NCBI GenBank assembly: GCA_002633005.1 | Contig: NMRA01000122.1 | Span: 467,312-531,311, forward strand | Reading direction: 5' to 3' | DNA from: Phoronis australis | Lineage: Eukaryota; Animalia; Phoronida | DNA: 64,000 nt | In this document: positions 51,787 through 64,000 of the stretch, in pieces | How the letters are laid out: every line of letters begins with the position of its first letter | Numbering within the stretch: position 1 is the first letter of the stretch | Notes under the pieces: generated by a model | Databases searched by the model: none | The model's input: only the letters and a program-made list of their open reading frames with translations | Told to the model about the DNA's origin: nothing | Translations under genes and position numbers: made by a program

Positions 51787-53785
51787 ATATTATTACTCAA
51801 CTGGATGACTGAAAGTATTCATAGCATTATTATATCCAACTATGGACACGACGTCCTAAGATCTGTTCGTCATTTTATTAGTCATTAGCATTGATTGAGA
51901 TTTTCAAAGACAAAGTACCGTATCTCTTTATATTTAAATGGGGGCTCCATTTGCCAATCTAACACTACAAACTTCCTAAGTCAGAATTGTTCATAAAAAA
52001 ATCAGAAAGGCTCAATCATAATACCCTGCCTCAAGAGGCCAACCTGTGTGCCGAATATTGGGGATGAAAGGGGTAAATTGGTCATTACCCAGCACACGAG
52101 ACAACCGAAATTTTCCGTCAAAAAAACAAAAAAACATGCTATCTTAACGATGTTGGAAAACATTTGCCTGATTTTCACTTCAGATATTTCATTTTTTTCA
52201 TTTTCGGCTCTTGCTAAGAATTTTGCCAGGATCCATTTAGCCAGTTCATGTTACGCTAAGCCGCAAGCCCTGCACACACAAGTTTAGGGATGTTGCATTA
52301 ATCAAACTACTAGCATGTATTTAAAGGGCACATGGGAGTCAAGTACTATTATTAGATTACATTCATTCGCTTACACCCATTTTTTAAATTTAATCAACGG
52401 AGATGCACCAGTAATCAGTGTGTGGATGAAGTTACTTGCAATATCTTGACTGACTGCTCTTCCAAACAGTAGGATATAATGAGGATAGTGACTTATGAGT
52501 TGGAAACAACAACCAGTGAATACTTACGCAATCCCTACAATTAATGTAACAAAGTCACCAGATCACTGCGCTAGATCCCTAATTATGTACAGCATGAGTC
52601 ATTGTGTGCTAATGGAGCAGATCAACTCTAACAAGTGTTCCTGAAACACCAGTGTACAAGAACAGTCAAGTGTCCCACAAATTGTGGTGAAGACACCACA
52701 AAGAAATAACAAGAGGGTGATAGTAATATCAGGAATGGAACAGATCAGTTGGGAGACAAGTGACAGCCTGGACAGTTTGCTCAACAGTGGTCAGCCACAA
52801 CCCTCTGGTCACTGACATAACTCACTTACTCACTACTGCAAAGGAAACAGTGGTGTACTTTCCCTGGGCCAAATACACAAGTTTCATGTCAACTCTCAAC
52901 TAGGATACTGGGTTACTCCCTACATGCCAGGTGGCGCTAGAGAGACAATAGGCAACCACAACATGCAACCAGGTGTGCTTTCTATATACCGGAGAACCTC
53001 GCAAAAACACAAACTCACTCACACAAGACTTCGCGAAATATTGCCAGGCATTACAAGAGAACCACGTGATAACACTAGCTTCTTTTGCGAAATTCTTGCA
53101 TCTACGAAAATCAACCCTGAGGTAGCCACGTGAGACACTTGTCATCCAAAAACCCCCTACTCATGGATTGCTGTCCGTTTTCAATGAATTTGATTCATAA
53201 AACTACAGACCTTTATTCATTAGCACCACCTAGTGAACATCAAGTCAAACATTACTTCATACCAAAAACATTGTACCTGAATCTACCTTTAATTATACTT
53301 CCTGGTAAAAGGAATTCCTTCAGCCTCATTTTCATACGTTAACTTCAAGAACATCTGTCATTTTGAAGCCAACAAAGTTTTGGTTTTGTGTGGGTTACAA
53401 AACATACAAAGCGTTATCACCATGTAGCAAGTACTTTGAAGTCAGGGTTAATTTCTCCTTCCTCCTAATGAAAAATACGTTGTAAACGTTCTTGTTACAC
53501 TCTGAGGAAAATCCTCAGGTGTGGGAAAATGTCTTGCACCTTTACAAGCTTGTCCTCCAGAGTCTCATCTGTAACAGGGCAGTTTAAAGGTGAAGCAGAA
53601 AGGATTTCTAGAATGCAAAGCATGGTTAAACACTTCTTCAGTATATCCCGTCGTGAAATGAGTACGGTCGTACCGCAAACAAGAGTAGTTTACTACCCTA
53701 CAGACGAGCAGAATACTCATACACCAGAAAAGACCATCTCTCAATCCTTAATTTACCAAGTACATCACTTTTAACTTCAACAGAA

Positions 53786-53923
53786 CCAAGCTTACGACAT
53801 GAACTCCAATAGTACAAGCTTACGGCACTTACTCCAATAGTACAAGCTTTACGGCACAAACTCCAATAGTACAAGCTTACGGCACTTACTCCAGTATTAC
53901 AAGCTTAGGGCACAAACTCCAAT
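53786..53923. repeat. 28-29-bp tandem repeat x ~5
   Basis: CAAGCTT(T)ACGGCAC(TT/AA)ACTCCAATAGTA. Confidence 0.92.
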
Positions 53924-55326
53924 GGATATTTAAATGAGCATTTCCCCCCATCATACCGAGCTTGACATGGACCAATACTACACCTGTATGACAAAAAGCA
54001 TGTTCAACTTCAAGCACATAGCTTATCTATCTTCCAAATTGTTTAGAAAGACAAATTAAAAATGTTGTAATCTGAATTTCAAACTAACTTACTGGTAAAA
54101 CAACACTTCATGTACAATGCACAAATATTGACAGGTTGGTGAATACACCTTATATGAAAATATGCTGAGCTAAATCAAAAATTTTCTCCTCAAATATATA
54201 CAAGTTGGAAGTAGAACATTCTGACAGGATGAACGATTATTGATTTATTTAAGTACAGCAGTTAAGTGCCAGAGGCATGTCTCCTGCTAAATACCTGAGG
54301 CTGACCGAGGAGACCAGTACCAGTCCACAGTTGAAATAATATTTAAACACCTAGGTTTATTGAAGCAATACAAAACATGACAGAAAATAAACAAATCATA
54401 AATAATGCTTGTTAAAAAGAAAGTACAGTACTTTAGGCATAAACAATAAACAGTTGATCTTGTAGCACTCACTGACAAATCAGGTTGATAAATTGACTAT
54501 ATACCATTCAGAGAAAGCACAGCAGTCAACCCATAGAGGGCACCACTTGCAGGGCTTTCAACTTGGTAACAGTCAACATAGAAACACAGCAGGTGCATTT
54601 TACTTTACCTGAAACAACCAAAGCCAGTCAAGTTGTACCAACTTGATAACAAATTATTGCAGACTTCCTCAAATTGCAAAAAAATTTAAACAGGTAACAC
54701 ACATACATGAGAGAAAAAATCACACAATCGTAGATAGCAGTTGTGTGTCAGTTGTTCCCCATTTCACCTGCATGACATTCTAATTTTACAAATTTCATTA
54801 ATTTTCTAAATATTCGTTTGTAAGCCCACCAACAACTTCTGGTATACCGCGACAACGTTGAACTCCTTAAAATTACCCTAGTTCATGCAAACACCCTTCA
54901 ACATGTAATGACTGACAAAAATGAGTTATTGACCAGAACCAGTGATTCAGACAAAATTTTGTTTTAAAAGCCCAGTGTTCTCCACAACCTTTTTTGATTT
55001 GTCACAGCGTCAAGTTTAAATTTTGTAGTGACGAATTTGCCTTACTTGCATTGAGTTTGAAATCCTATGCAACGACTTTCAGGTATTGAGATAAGTTGTT
55101 TCTCAAGCAAGTTAAGACACTGCGGACTTTTGGTATCACTTCAATGCATTTATTTTAAGACTTAACACACTAACTGAACCCCACAGAATAGACACTGACT
55201 TCCGAACACGAAACATCGTCCCATTCCGTGATTACAGAGTTTTTCCATTTAAATATCTTTGCTATTAATTGAGATGAATATGGTACCACATATATCACCC
55301 TGAAGCTAATACTCACAACACCTTAA

Positions 55327-55867
55327 AGTGCTTTCCCATTAGAGGTAAAACTTCGCTTTTACCGAAGTTTCGCTAAGTGGGAAAGGTTAACTCCGGTAGT
55401 TAATCTGCAAGTGAAACTTTGCTGAAAATAGTAGGATTTAAAAGCGAAGCTTCGGTACTCACCAAAACTTTGGTGTAGTGGGAACGATCAGAGCGAAGCT
55501 TCATCAAAGTTATTGATAGATGTCGTTGCAACGATATACAATCACGCAAAACTCGAAAACGTGTTCTTTGTTATTGTAACGTAACCGACGTGCTCTCAAT
55601 AGATGCACGTAAAATAAGTAGAAGAAAGCATATCTGATGTAGACACCGATCATTTTCATAAACACTCTCGTAAATGGCAGGAGACCAATTTTCAGGTAGC
55701 CTCGAAACCCACTACTCGATAATCATTTGAGAGGACGCATGAACTGCACTGTCAGGTTCTACTCCAATGACTGAGTCGACATTTAGTGATAACTTCGATA
55801 TCACTGTCAGTAAACTGAAGTTCCGTAATGGGAATGCACCATCAGCGTTTACAATGGGAAAAGCACC
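55327..55867. mobile_element. Harbinger-like MITE with a duplicated right TIR
   Basis: AGTGCTTTCCCATTA ... TAATGGGAATGCACC (ends 55840), then a second AATGGGAAAAGCACC (ends 55867). Internal CGAAG(C/T)TTCG motifs. Confidence 0.7.
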
Positions 55868-56560
55868 GTCAGTGTTTACAATCATTACCACCACATGGGT
55901 TCACATGAAGTACATAAGGTCATCAATCTTGTCAACAGCATAGGAGAATAATAAAATATTTTAAGTAAAAAAAAAAAAAAACAATCCAACATCAAAGCAA
56001 CCTCTGGACAAACACCCTGACATTCCTGGTTACTTACTTTTGTCATAATTTGTAAACTACCTAACTCATTTTTCATTTCCCACATCACTCCCCCCCAGTA
56101 AGTCTTCATAATATGTGTGATTAGTGTCATTACATGGTATTCATTATTGCGGCTACATTTGTAACTTCATCACGTTTTCCTGTTTTGGTTGCATTCTTAC
56201 ATTTAGAACTTGCGTCATGTATTATATAGGTTGGCGAATAGACAAAATCAAACCAAATACGGAACAAGTAAAAACATGATAAGGAACTGACTAGTGTTGC
56301 ACATTAGTTGGTATATGGTCGAGTGCAGTCCTGATTCCATGATTAAAGAGGGTGCTGCCATTTGGACGACATTTTTGATCAATTCAGCATATTATAGTAA
56401 CTATGATAGGCATTTGGAATGATTAATTTATTTTTAAGACAAAAATGAAAACAGCACTTTTAAAAACCCGGAAGAATGACGCAGCAAACAAGTTGTGAAC
56501 ATGTCAACCGCTAACTGTGCTTAATGGCTTTGACAACCGCAGATTTTCTGTCTCTACCCC

Positions 56561-56611
56561 GTTGCCTTTGATAGTTGCCTTTGACAGTTGCCTTTGACAG
56601 TTGCCTTTGAC
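56561..56611. repeat. 13-bp tandem repeat x4
   Basis: GTTGCCTTTGA(C/T)A. Confidence 0.92.
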
Positions 56612-56673
56612 AAGAGTAATGACGTTAGAAAACAGGCAATAACACTACTACAACAGAGACCAGTCAGCCATAC

Positions 56674-56837
56674 AGTGTCTGTATAGTGCGACTAGCTCAC
56701 TGTGTCTGTATAGTGCGACTAGCTCACTGTGTCTGTATAGTGCGACTAGCTCAGTGTCTGTATAGTGCGACTAGCTCAGTGTCTGTATAGTGCGACTAGC
56801 TCACCGTGTCTGTATAATGCGACTAGCTCACAGTGTC
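56674..56837. repeat. 25-27-bp tandem repeat x6
   Basis: (T)GTGTCTGTATAGTGCGACTAGCTCA(C). Confidence 0.95.
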
Positions 56838-57303
56838 CACTAGGGGGCACCAGAGTGAAGTAGTGAATCCCGTCCAAAAATCAACCTGTCAATTTTCATG
56901 ATTCTTCAAGTGGTTTGGCAGATAGAAAGGCAGACGCCAAAAACTCACTAAAAATTTTGACAATAGCCACTAGGTGGCGCAGAATTGCCAAAGCCATCCG
57001 AAAATGGAAAGGTGTCGTCGTCTCCTTAATAGAAATCTATTTGGCAAATTTCATGAAAAACCATCCAAGAATACCAAAGCTACATAGGAAGTTATAAAAA
57101 AACAAAATTGCCAATAGGGGGTATAGCGGTAGTCGAATCGGTCTGAAATTCGTGGTCAGCTTCATAGGAACTCATCTGCTAAATCTCATTAAGATCCAGT
57201 GAGGGGTTTAGGAGATACATCTGCCGATGCCCGGGACACAGGATGCCCAGACAGAGATGACTTCAATATGCACCCACATATAAACATGTGAGTGCATAAA
57301 AAA
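56835..57303 (+). mobile_element. HINE/Helentron-like element with 3' hairpin
   Basis: CCACTAG(G/A)(G/T)GGC and AAATTTCATGAAAA units as at 37004-37797. Terminal hairpin ATGCACCCACAT-ATAAAC-ATGTGAGTGCAT followed by AAAAAA. Confidence 0.65.
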
Positions 57304-58207
57304 TGTTCCAGTAATCATTTATTTACAAAATATAATCAGCCATATAGTGTGTACAGTTCACAAGTAAAGCTATGAGACAGGCAGAAAACAGACAAAATAC
57401 ACCTTTAAACTTCATGGCTGGTTATTCAAAGACCCTTTAGGTACACTATTGATTTGACCTTAACGCACAGCATTACCAAGGTCGGATCAACAAGAGCATT
57501 TCATGTAATTAGTTTGCACCAACACGATGCAATCAAATACGGCATGTACCAATAACTGAGAAACAGGAAAACAACGCATTTTTGTTAGCCTAAACAGAGT
57601 AGATCAAGGTTAAGAATTCTGTACTTGGACTGAAAGCATATTACTCAAAACCACAAAGCCATTCATCAATCCTAACACAGCACTGGACTTGCTCCTGGCC
57701 ATAACTAGAAAAATCCCAGGGTCCAAGTCTCATTTCCTGTACGTTGAGTGCATTGGTGCCACTTTGTGTACATTTTCCCCATTCCCAGTTTTGTGGTCAA
57801 GTTGTTGCCAGGGATACCAGTCCCTTAGCTTAGCAGGGAGCCAGTTAAGGTTGGTACAATCCCTGATCAATTTGCGCTGTGGTGCGCAAAATCACAACAA
57901 TTTGGTTAAATTAAAAACCATCCTCCATCGACAGACCGTGTCAAACCGCAGAGACAGCCTTACACAGTAAGGCAGACAGTTTTCTAATAAAGTATTCCCA
58001 GTACACAGCCAGTTAGTTTGATTTACATAAATTGAAGTCTGTATTGAACCGAATAACCTTCTAGAAAAAAAATGCCCTAAAAATGTTTGTACTATTCTGT
58101 GTGTATTTACCACTGCTCTTCTGAGTGCTCACTAAGTACAAAAAAACAACTGCTGCATGAATGAAGTGAGTGTAAATGAATAGATAAACATTGTAAACAC
58201 AACTTAC

Positions 58208-58261
58208 CCAGTGGTTCAGGTGTGCCATCTATTGATAAGACTGAGAACTGGGTGAAGACAT
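58208..58261 (-). CDS. 54-bp internal coding exon (phase 1-1) of an unidentified host gene: (D)VFTQFSVLSIDGTPEPL
   Basis: Minus strand tgtgtccttgtatttcag|ATGTC...CACTGG|gtaagtt: strong acceptor and consensus donor, length divisible by 3, open frame. Confidence 0.7.
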
Positions 58262-58698
58262 CTGAAATACAAGGACACAAATGTAACTTTTGTGATAAAA
58301 ATGTCAGTGATTTAGAGGATATTTCTTAAGGATACACAACAGCAACAGCAAAAAGAGATTCACAGCTCTGTTTGGTCGGCATGCAATGAGTCTGTGCATC
58401 TATTGGATAGCGCATTTCCCCCCCATACTTACTTTGTTTTGAGACTCCAAGGCATTTGAAACTTTTTACTAGGAGCGGGTCACCCTCATACATCCAACCT
58501 GGATGAACTGTCATCATGGCTTGATAGGTTTTCCAGCGTGAGGCCAATAACAATAAAAGAATATTCAATCGATGGAACACAACACTAAAAGTAGGAACTA
58601 CCAGTAACAGCCCGTCACGCATCAAATTTTGAATTACTTAAAGCAGTTAGGAAACCGCATTGGGTCCACAAAGTGAACGTTCGATTCAGGTTACTCAC

Positions 58699-58749
58699 CG
58701 CTACGGATGGTCTCAACTTGTTCCTTACTTAGAAGGAGAGGGATAGCCT
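58699..58749 (-). CDS. 51-bp internal coding exon (phase 1-1) upstream of the 58208 exon: (E/K/Q)AIPLLLSKEQVETIRS
   Basis: Minus strand tttgcag|AGGCTA...GTAGCG|gtgagta. Open frame that splices in frame to the 54-bp exon (G+AT=Asp). Confidence 0.6.
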
Positions 58750-59549
58750 CTGCAAACTAGTGACAGTTTGTTATTAATTGAGATCGTAATTGGCCTCTGG
58801 GTGTATAAAATGATACATGATGACAAGCCAACTAGTAGAGCCCCGCTCTCAAGCAATAACAAGATGCCACAGTTTTTGAATAAAAAGCATTCACATCATC
58901 TAAAACTTGACTATGGACAATTTCAGACCACTTTCATAACAGAAAGTGCTCTAGATTTATTTTTTTTTTGTGATAGAAGGTTTTAGCTGGTTTCAATGAA
59001 AAATCTCATTATGAGTTTCTGGTGAGAAGTTTGTCGAATTACATATTCCACAATTTTCAGAACTATAACTGAGCCACTGCATTGACGAATACCACTGCAC
59101 TCAACAGGTGACAGAAATATGTGCAGCTTAACTAATTGGACTTGTTAATTTAATGAGGATTAATTAACCACTGCACTAGCCCAAGCTGGCAGGAAATCTT
59201 GCCCGGTGATAAACTTAAACACTGGAAACCCTTGGGTTAAAATTGAGAACACCTCACTAGCCAAACCACAGATGAGGTTGACCAGCCATTGTAATAACCT
59301 AGGGTCACCACAAATGTGGTTCTCATCTGCTTCAGACTTGGTAATGGTTGGTAATTCAACAGGGATGAGTGAGGTCAGAAACTGATCTCTTTTTGCACTC
59401 AAAACTGGCATTCATGCAGAAAAGCATCATCATGTGCCTAACTAGTATTAAACCTTTTTAGTAGAAAGTACAAAGTTTAGGCAGACATGAACCCAACCCA
59501 TTGAAAATGTTATCCTAGGTCCCAGTGATTTCTTACTTATTATCTGCAT

Positions 59550-59865
59550 TCAAAAAAGCAAGATTTCGAGCACGCGCGATACAGTGAACAAGATGGCACA
59601 CACGCAGTGCAAGCTGTTTGCGTCGGAGACTTGAACGGAATTCAGTGTAACAGATCAGATCATTAAATATTTGTTTACTCAACAAAAATCATGAGGGTGT
59701 CGATCGTGGGTACACTGATGCTACTCAACTTGCTTAACGCTTGTGTTTAGCATATACACTTACCAAATTTCCAAATTTTCACTTTCAAACACTTATGCTT
59801 GGCTATACACCCAACCTGATAATTGAGATCAAACACCCTGGGCCTTAATGCGAATAAATACGGTA
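59550..59865. mobile_element. Fragment ending in a CCGTA-type pogo-like terminus
   Basis: CACCCTGGGCCTTAATGCGAATAAATACGG|TA; left boundary approximate. Confidence 0.45.
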
Positions 59866-62800
59866 CTCGATATACGTAACTTTCAATTTACAACGCAGTT
59901 GTTGCCAAAATAAAATTTGTTATCAAAATAATTTTTTCTTGATTTGGAAACTCAACCATGCTAATACAAGCCTCTTCACATGAACATAACTACTACCTAA
60001 TCATAGGTGTAAAAATTTGTGGAGAATGTTGACTTCACCATCCTCTCCAGTGTACTATTGACTGCTAAAAACCACAGAGCAGTGACGAGCCAATCAGGTG
60101 AACTACTAGATGCTACAATCAGCTGGTTACTGGCTGTGCCAGGGTATATTTAGAGTTTGACCATGGAATACAAGCCAAGAATTTTAAATACAGTACTTGT
60201 GGCTCCACCAGACAACCACAAAATGTTCACCTAGAAATGAGATCTTGATAAAAGTACTTAATAACAATCCAAGCAGATGTACTTTAAAATATACAGTTCA
60301 CAGTTTATCCAAATCATGAAACAAGTAAAAAATCAATTTAAAATCCTAAATGCACTGCCTTTGGCCTTCGTCCAAAAAGAGAAACCTGATGAATATGCAG
60401 GTATAATCACTAATTTAGAGGTGAAACTTGCAATACAGATGAGAGACACAAACATGCAATTGTGACAATCAGGGACATTTAACTACCTACAAAATGGTAT
60501 GACAGTTTTACGGGGGCGGGGGGGNTTAATTTAACATGGATGTAAAAATAGCCAAAATAGCCAACGGGAGACAAAGTACCATAGCCACAGTGTCTATCTT
60601 TTGACAGCATGCTAACAGCATCAAGTAATTAATTACCTGACTCTATATTAAATGTGAAGAACACCAGTATAAGTAGAATTACATGACACAACAAACAAGC
60701 CATTGCGGGGAAAAAGAGCCCTTTTAAAGTCTTGCTTTGTGCTGCCATCTATTGTGGGTAAATAAAGGAACTGGGGTTGCTGTCCATGATAAACATCTTA
60801 CTAAGTGGTCAGAAGACTTTTCAATAAAAAAATACAAAAGGAAAACAAACAAAATTGCAAAGGACCCATCTTTCCCATGTACATGTGGTCGATTACTTGT
60901 TAAACTTTTTGGTACTGCCAGCAAGTTTTACTTGCACTAGTCAACAGTACATTGAAAATTCTCATCCAGATCACGTTTCCTGTGAAAAAAGGGAAAACAT
61001 GCAAGACCCTGCAAAATTATGTGACTGAAAGGCTTATATTTCCCAAGTCTGCTTGAGCCTTTACAAGCATAACCTTGCAAACTGGTGGTCACAGAAGTGA
61101 TTGGTCAGTGAGATTGAAATTGAAAATATGGGATTAAATTTATGAATTATTAAATGTCTCCGTTCAATATGTCCCGGGTCTAGTGATGCAGTCCAACCAA
61201 CAAGAAATTCTTCGTATAAGCACCAGGCAGATCTTGACATTTTTATAGAGCTGTCTACATATGTTAAAACTGAAAACTATAAGTGAACCATGACTGGTAG
61301 TATCAGCAAGACCAGCCTTTAGGGCTCATCAGCAGAACTGACTCACATGGGAAACTAGACTGAATATGTAAACAAGGTTGTTGAATGGATGGGACAGACA
61401 GCTATCTCTAGAGAGCATCAAGAACACTGAGAGAGTGAACCACTTCAGGAAATGTCAATGAACCCTGGTGTTAATAGAGGAAACCAGAGAGTGAGAGTTG
61501 GCAAGTCTTCATAGCGACACAGTCATAGTTGAGGGTTAAAAGAGGTTGACCCAACATAATTCTTGACTAAGACAAGTCTCGGCATGCAAAGTATCATAAC
61601 TTAGATAATAAAATTACTGTGCCTGGAAATTACATAAAGCTTCCTGTATAATTCCAGCAGGAGACAGGTATACTCAATTTAATACAACTACTCTTTTAGT
61701 AAGTGGCACTAATACAGCTATTATGAATAGTAGGCCTGACAATAACACTCATCACATTCATAAATTCAGATATGGACCTGGAATGGCAAAACATGATTAT
61801 CTCAATAAATGAGCCCGTGAGGTGGAACAAAAACTGTTAGACTGAAATTATAAAACTTCAATAACAAAATCTAAGCAAAAACAATTTGAATTCCCACATC
61901 GCAAATCATGCCACGATCGCACACAGCAAGTCTCAATTTCATACAAATGCGTAGAACTTGCACATGCACTGTACCGAGATCTGTTGATACCAACAAACAT
62001 AATGCTGTCCACAATGGTCAGGCAGTGGTATTTGACACACAGGTGTTAGCTAACACCTTTAGCAGTCAGTTTTCAAGGAAACACTAATGACAATTTAATA
62101 CATATTAGGTAAGTTCCGTATTAGCCTTGTATATCACCCAATAACTGGACTCGTCAATTAGCACAGATGGTGACCATATCCTGGCCAAAGTAAAAACAAA
62201 TTGTCTACCTGTCAAGTCAGTTCTTTCCTGTTTACTTTTCTATAATCTCATTAAATTTCACAAGTTTAGACAAGGTTTTCCCTGATCATGTTTACTTACA
62301 GGCAGCTATAGAGAGTTAGTTGACACCAATGTGTTATTCCAAGGGATCAACAGATTTATTGGGCAGGCTCTCTACAGTGGTGAACATTTACGAAAATTTG
62401 AAAGAGGCCAACAAGCAGTCAAAATAAAATCTACTAAAGCAAGGTATTTTCAAGCAGAGATTCGTGACACGGTCACATGATTAACTTTTCAACAGTCAAG
62501 GCCAGGTGAACAGTCATTATACAAATAACTAGTAGTAGCAACAATATCATAAAATTCAGTGAACTACATCATGAACTTGTAGACCTTAACCTAATAATTC
62601 ATTTCCAGAAACTGTATCCGAATAATTGGCCAATCAATAACTAGAGAAATAGAGGTAGACATTGATGTGATAGCAATAACCACTCAATTAAATACCTGGA
62701 AACTATCAAATGTGTAAAGTACACAATTAAGTCAGCAATCCCTTCTCCTATTGGCAACAGAAGCTAGTGAACACAACAATGCTTGGCACATGCACAATAG

Positions 62801-64000
62801 ACACCAGTGACATGTGGCATGACGTAAGCTCACATAATTTAAGAAAAGAAGTAAACAATATAACATCAACAATTACACTTCGTTTAGTAAGAAAATCAAC
62901 ATTTTTAATTATCTACAATAATTGTGGGCATGGTACAATAATTATGCCACGCCCAACTTCAAATAAAATTTCCTGTTAAAGGAAATCCCTCACTTGATTG
63001 TAAAAATTGCCCCACAATCTAAGCATGGGCAAAAATACTGCATTAATGACACTAGGGTCAATTCCAAGTAGGTCCAAGTCTCAATCAATGCAGTGACTGC
63101 TATCAAATGGAAAGAATAAAACATCAAAGCCCAATTTGCAGAAGGCTTAAAACAAGTGATAAACCCCTCACTAAACACTCAAGTAGTAAGAATGGGTTGA
63201 TTTCCAGTCCAAACATGCAGTGGACAGGTTTATTAAACCACAAAAATCTTGGTGTTTTAATCATTGACCAAACTGGCACCACATATGTATAGCTGATTAG
63301 GTGATACAGACTTTGTGGTTTGCTATAATCAATTAATTTAAGCACTGCAAACTGATGTTTATTGGGCTGATAAAGTACACCTTCATCAAGAACATAAAAT
63401 CATGAGAGAATTTACAGGTATTCATGGCTAAACTAAGGGCTTACCTGAACTAACAGTGATTTAATAAAGAAAACAGCAAGAGAAGAACTTTTAAACATTG
63501 TTGACACTACTCTGAGCAGGATCTGGGACAAATGATTATTTGAACATGATCTCTGATAAAGTAAACATTTGAACATGATCTCTGAAAAAGTGAACGTCTG
63601 ATGCAAATCGCATTACACTTAATAATCAATGAAAACCGGAGTGCTGTAAAATCCTTCTATTTCTGAGTAGAAGTAATTGCCATTTTACCCTTTTCAAGAG
63701 CTTGTCAACATTACTGTGAATGCCCATATTTTTCAAGGACAGGTTGATAGGGCGCAAGTTATACTACCTCAAGAGGTGTGGTAAGTTATCACAGCTATGA
63801 CAAGTTGCTCTGATTTGACTGTGTCCACATGGTCACTAAGTGCACTGTTTGTGAGCATGCATGTGAGATATTAGTTTCATTAGCATACTGCCTGGACAAG
63901 AGATGAAGCCACAATAAGAATTCACAATCCAATAGTGAGGGTCTACTTTGTCAGACAGGTTCAAAAGTCATTTGGCCCTTTTATGCTGTATTTAACTCTG

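Noticed and set aside
53530-53575. Candidate minus-strand exon (DETLEDKLVK); also 27265-27320 (VQHNWANYQTTRQQLGFE)
   Set aside because: Weak donor or acceptor, and short open frames of this kind are expected by chance in 64 kb.

Overview
AT-rich eukaryotic (animal) DNA from a draft assembly with a 768-N gap at 22936-23703. The repeat families resemble those of marine invertebrates, possibly a hemichordate or other deuterostome, but that assignment is inference. There is no intact long ORF, and nearly all ORF-track calls are spurious. The window looks mostly intronic: two small symmetric phase-1 exons of an unidentified minus-strand host gene lie at 58699-58749 and 58208-58261. The rest is minisatellites, MITEs and decayed DNA transposons. 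The main structure is a nested stack at 43.1-50.6 kb: a 45-bp minisatellite is split by a hAT-type MITE with a 5-bp TSD; that is split by a TA-flanked CCGTA-ended (pogo/Tc1-mariner-like) element carrying a decayed HIRAN-like ORF; that is split at TTAA by a 5.1-kb Kolobok element with a decayed spliced KolX (P2X7-ballast-like) gene; and the KolX intron holds a spliced hAT transposase 3' fragment plus an EnSpm-like end. A second 5.05-kb unclassified element (CATAACGC-N7-TCGTGAG TIRs, terminal hairpins, no TSD or only a 2-bp one) splits a Harbinger-like MITE at 30425-35477. All alignments and translations were done by eye, so degenerate boundaries are approximate.
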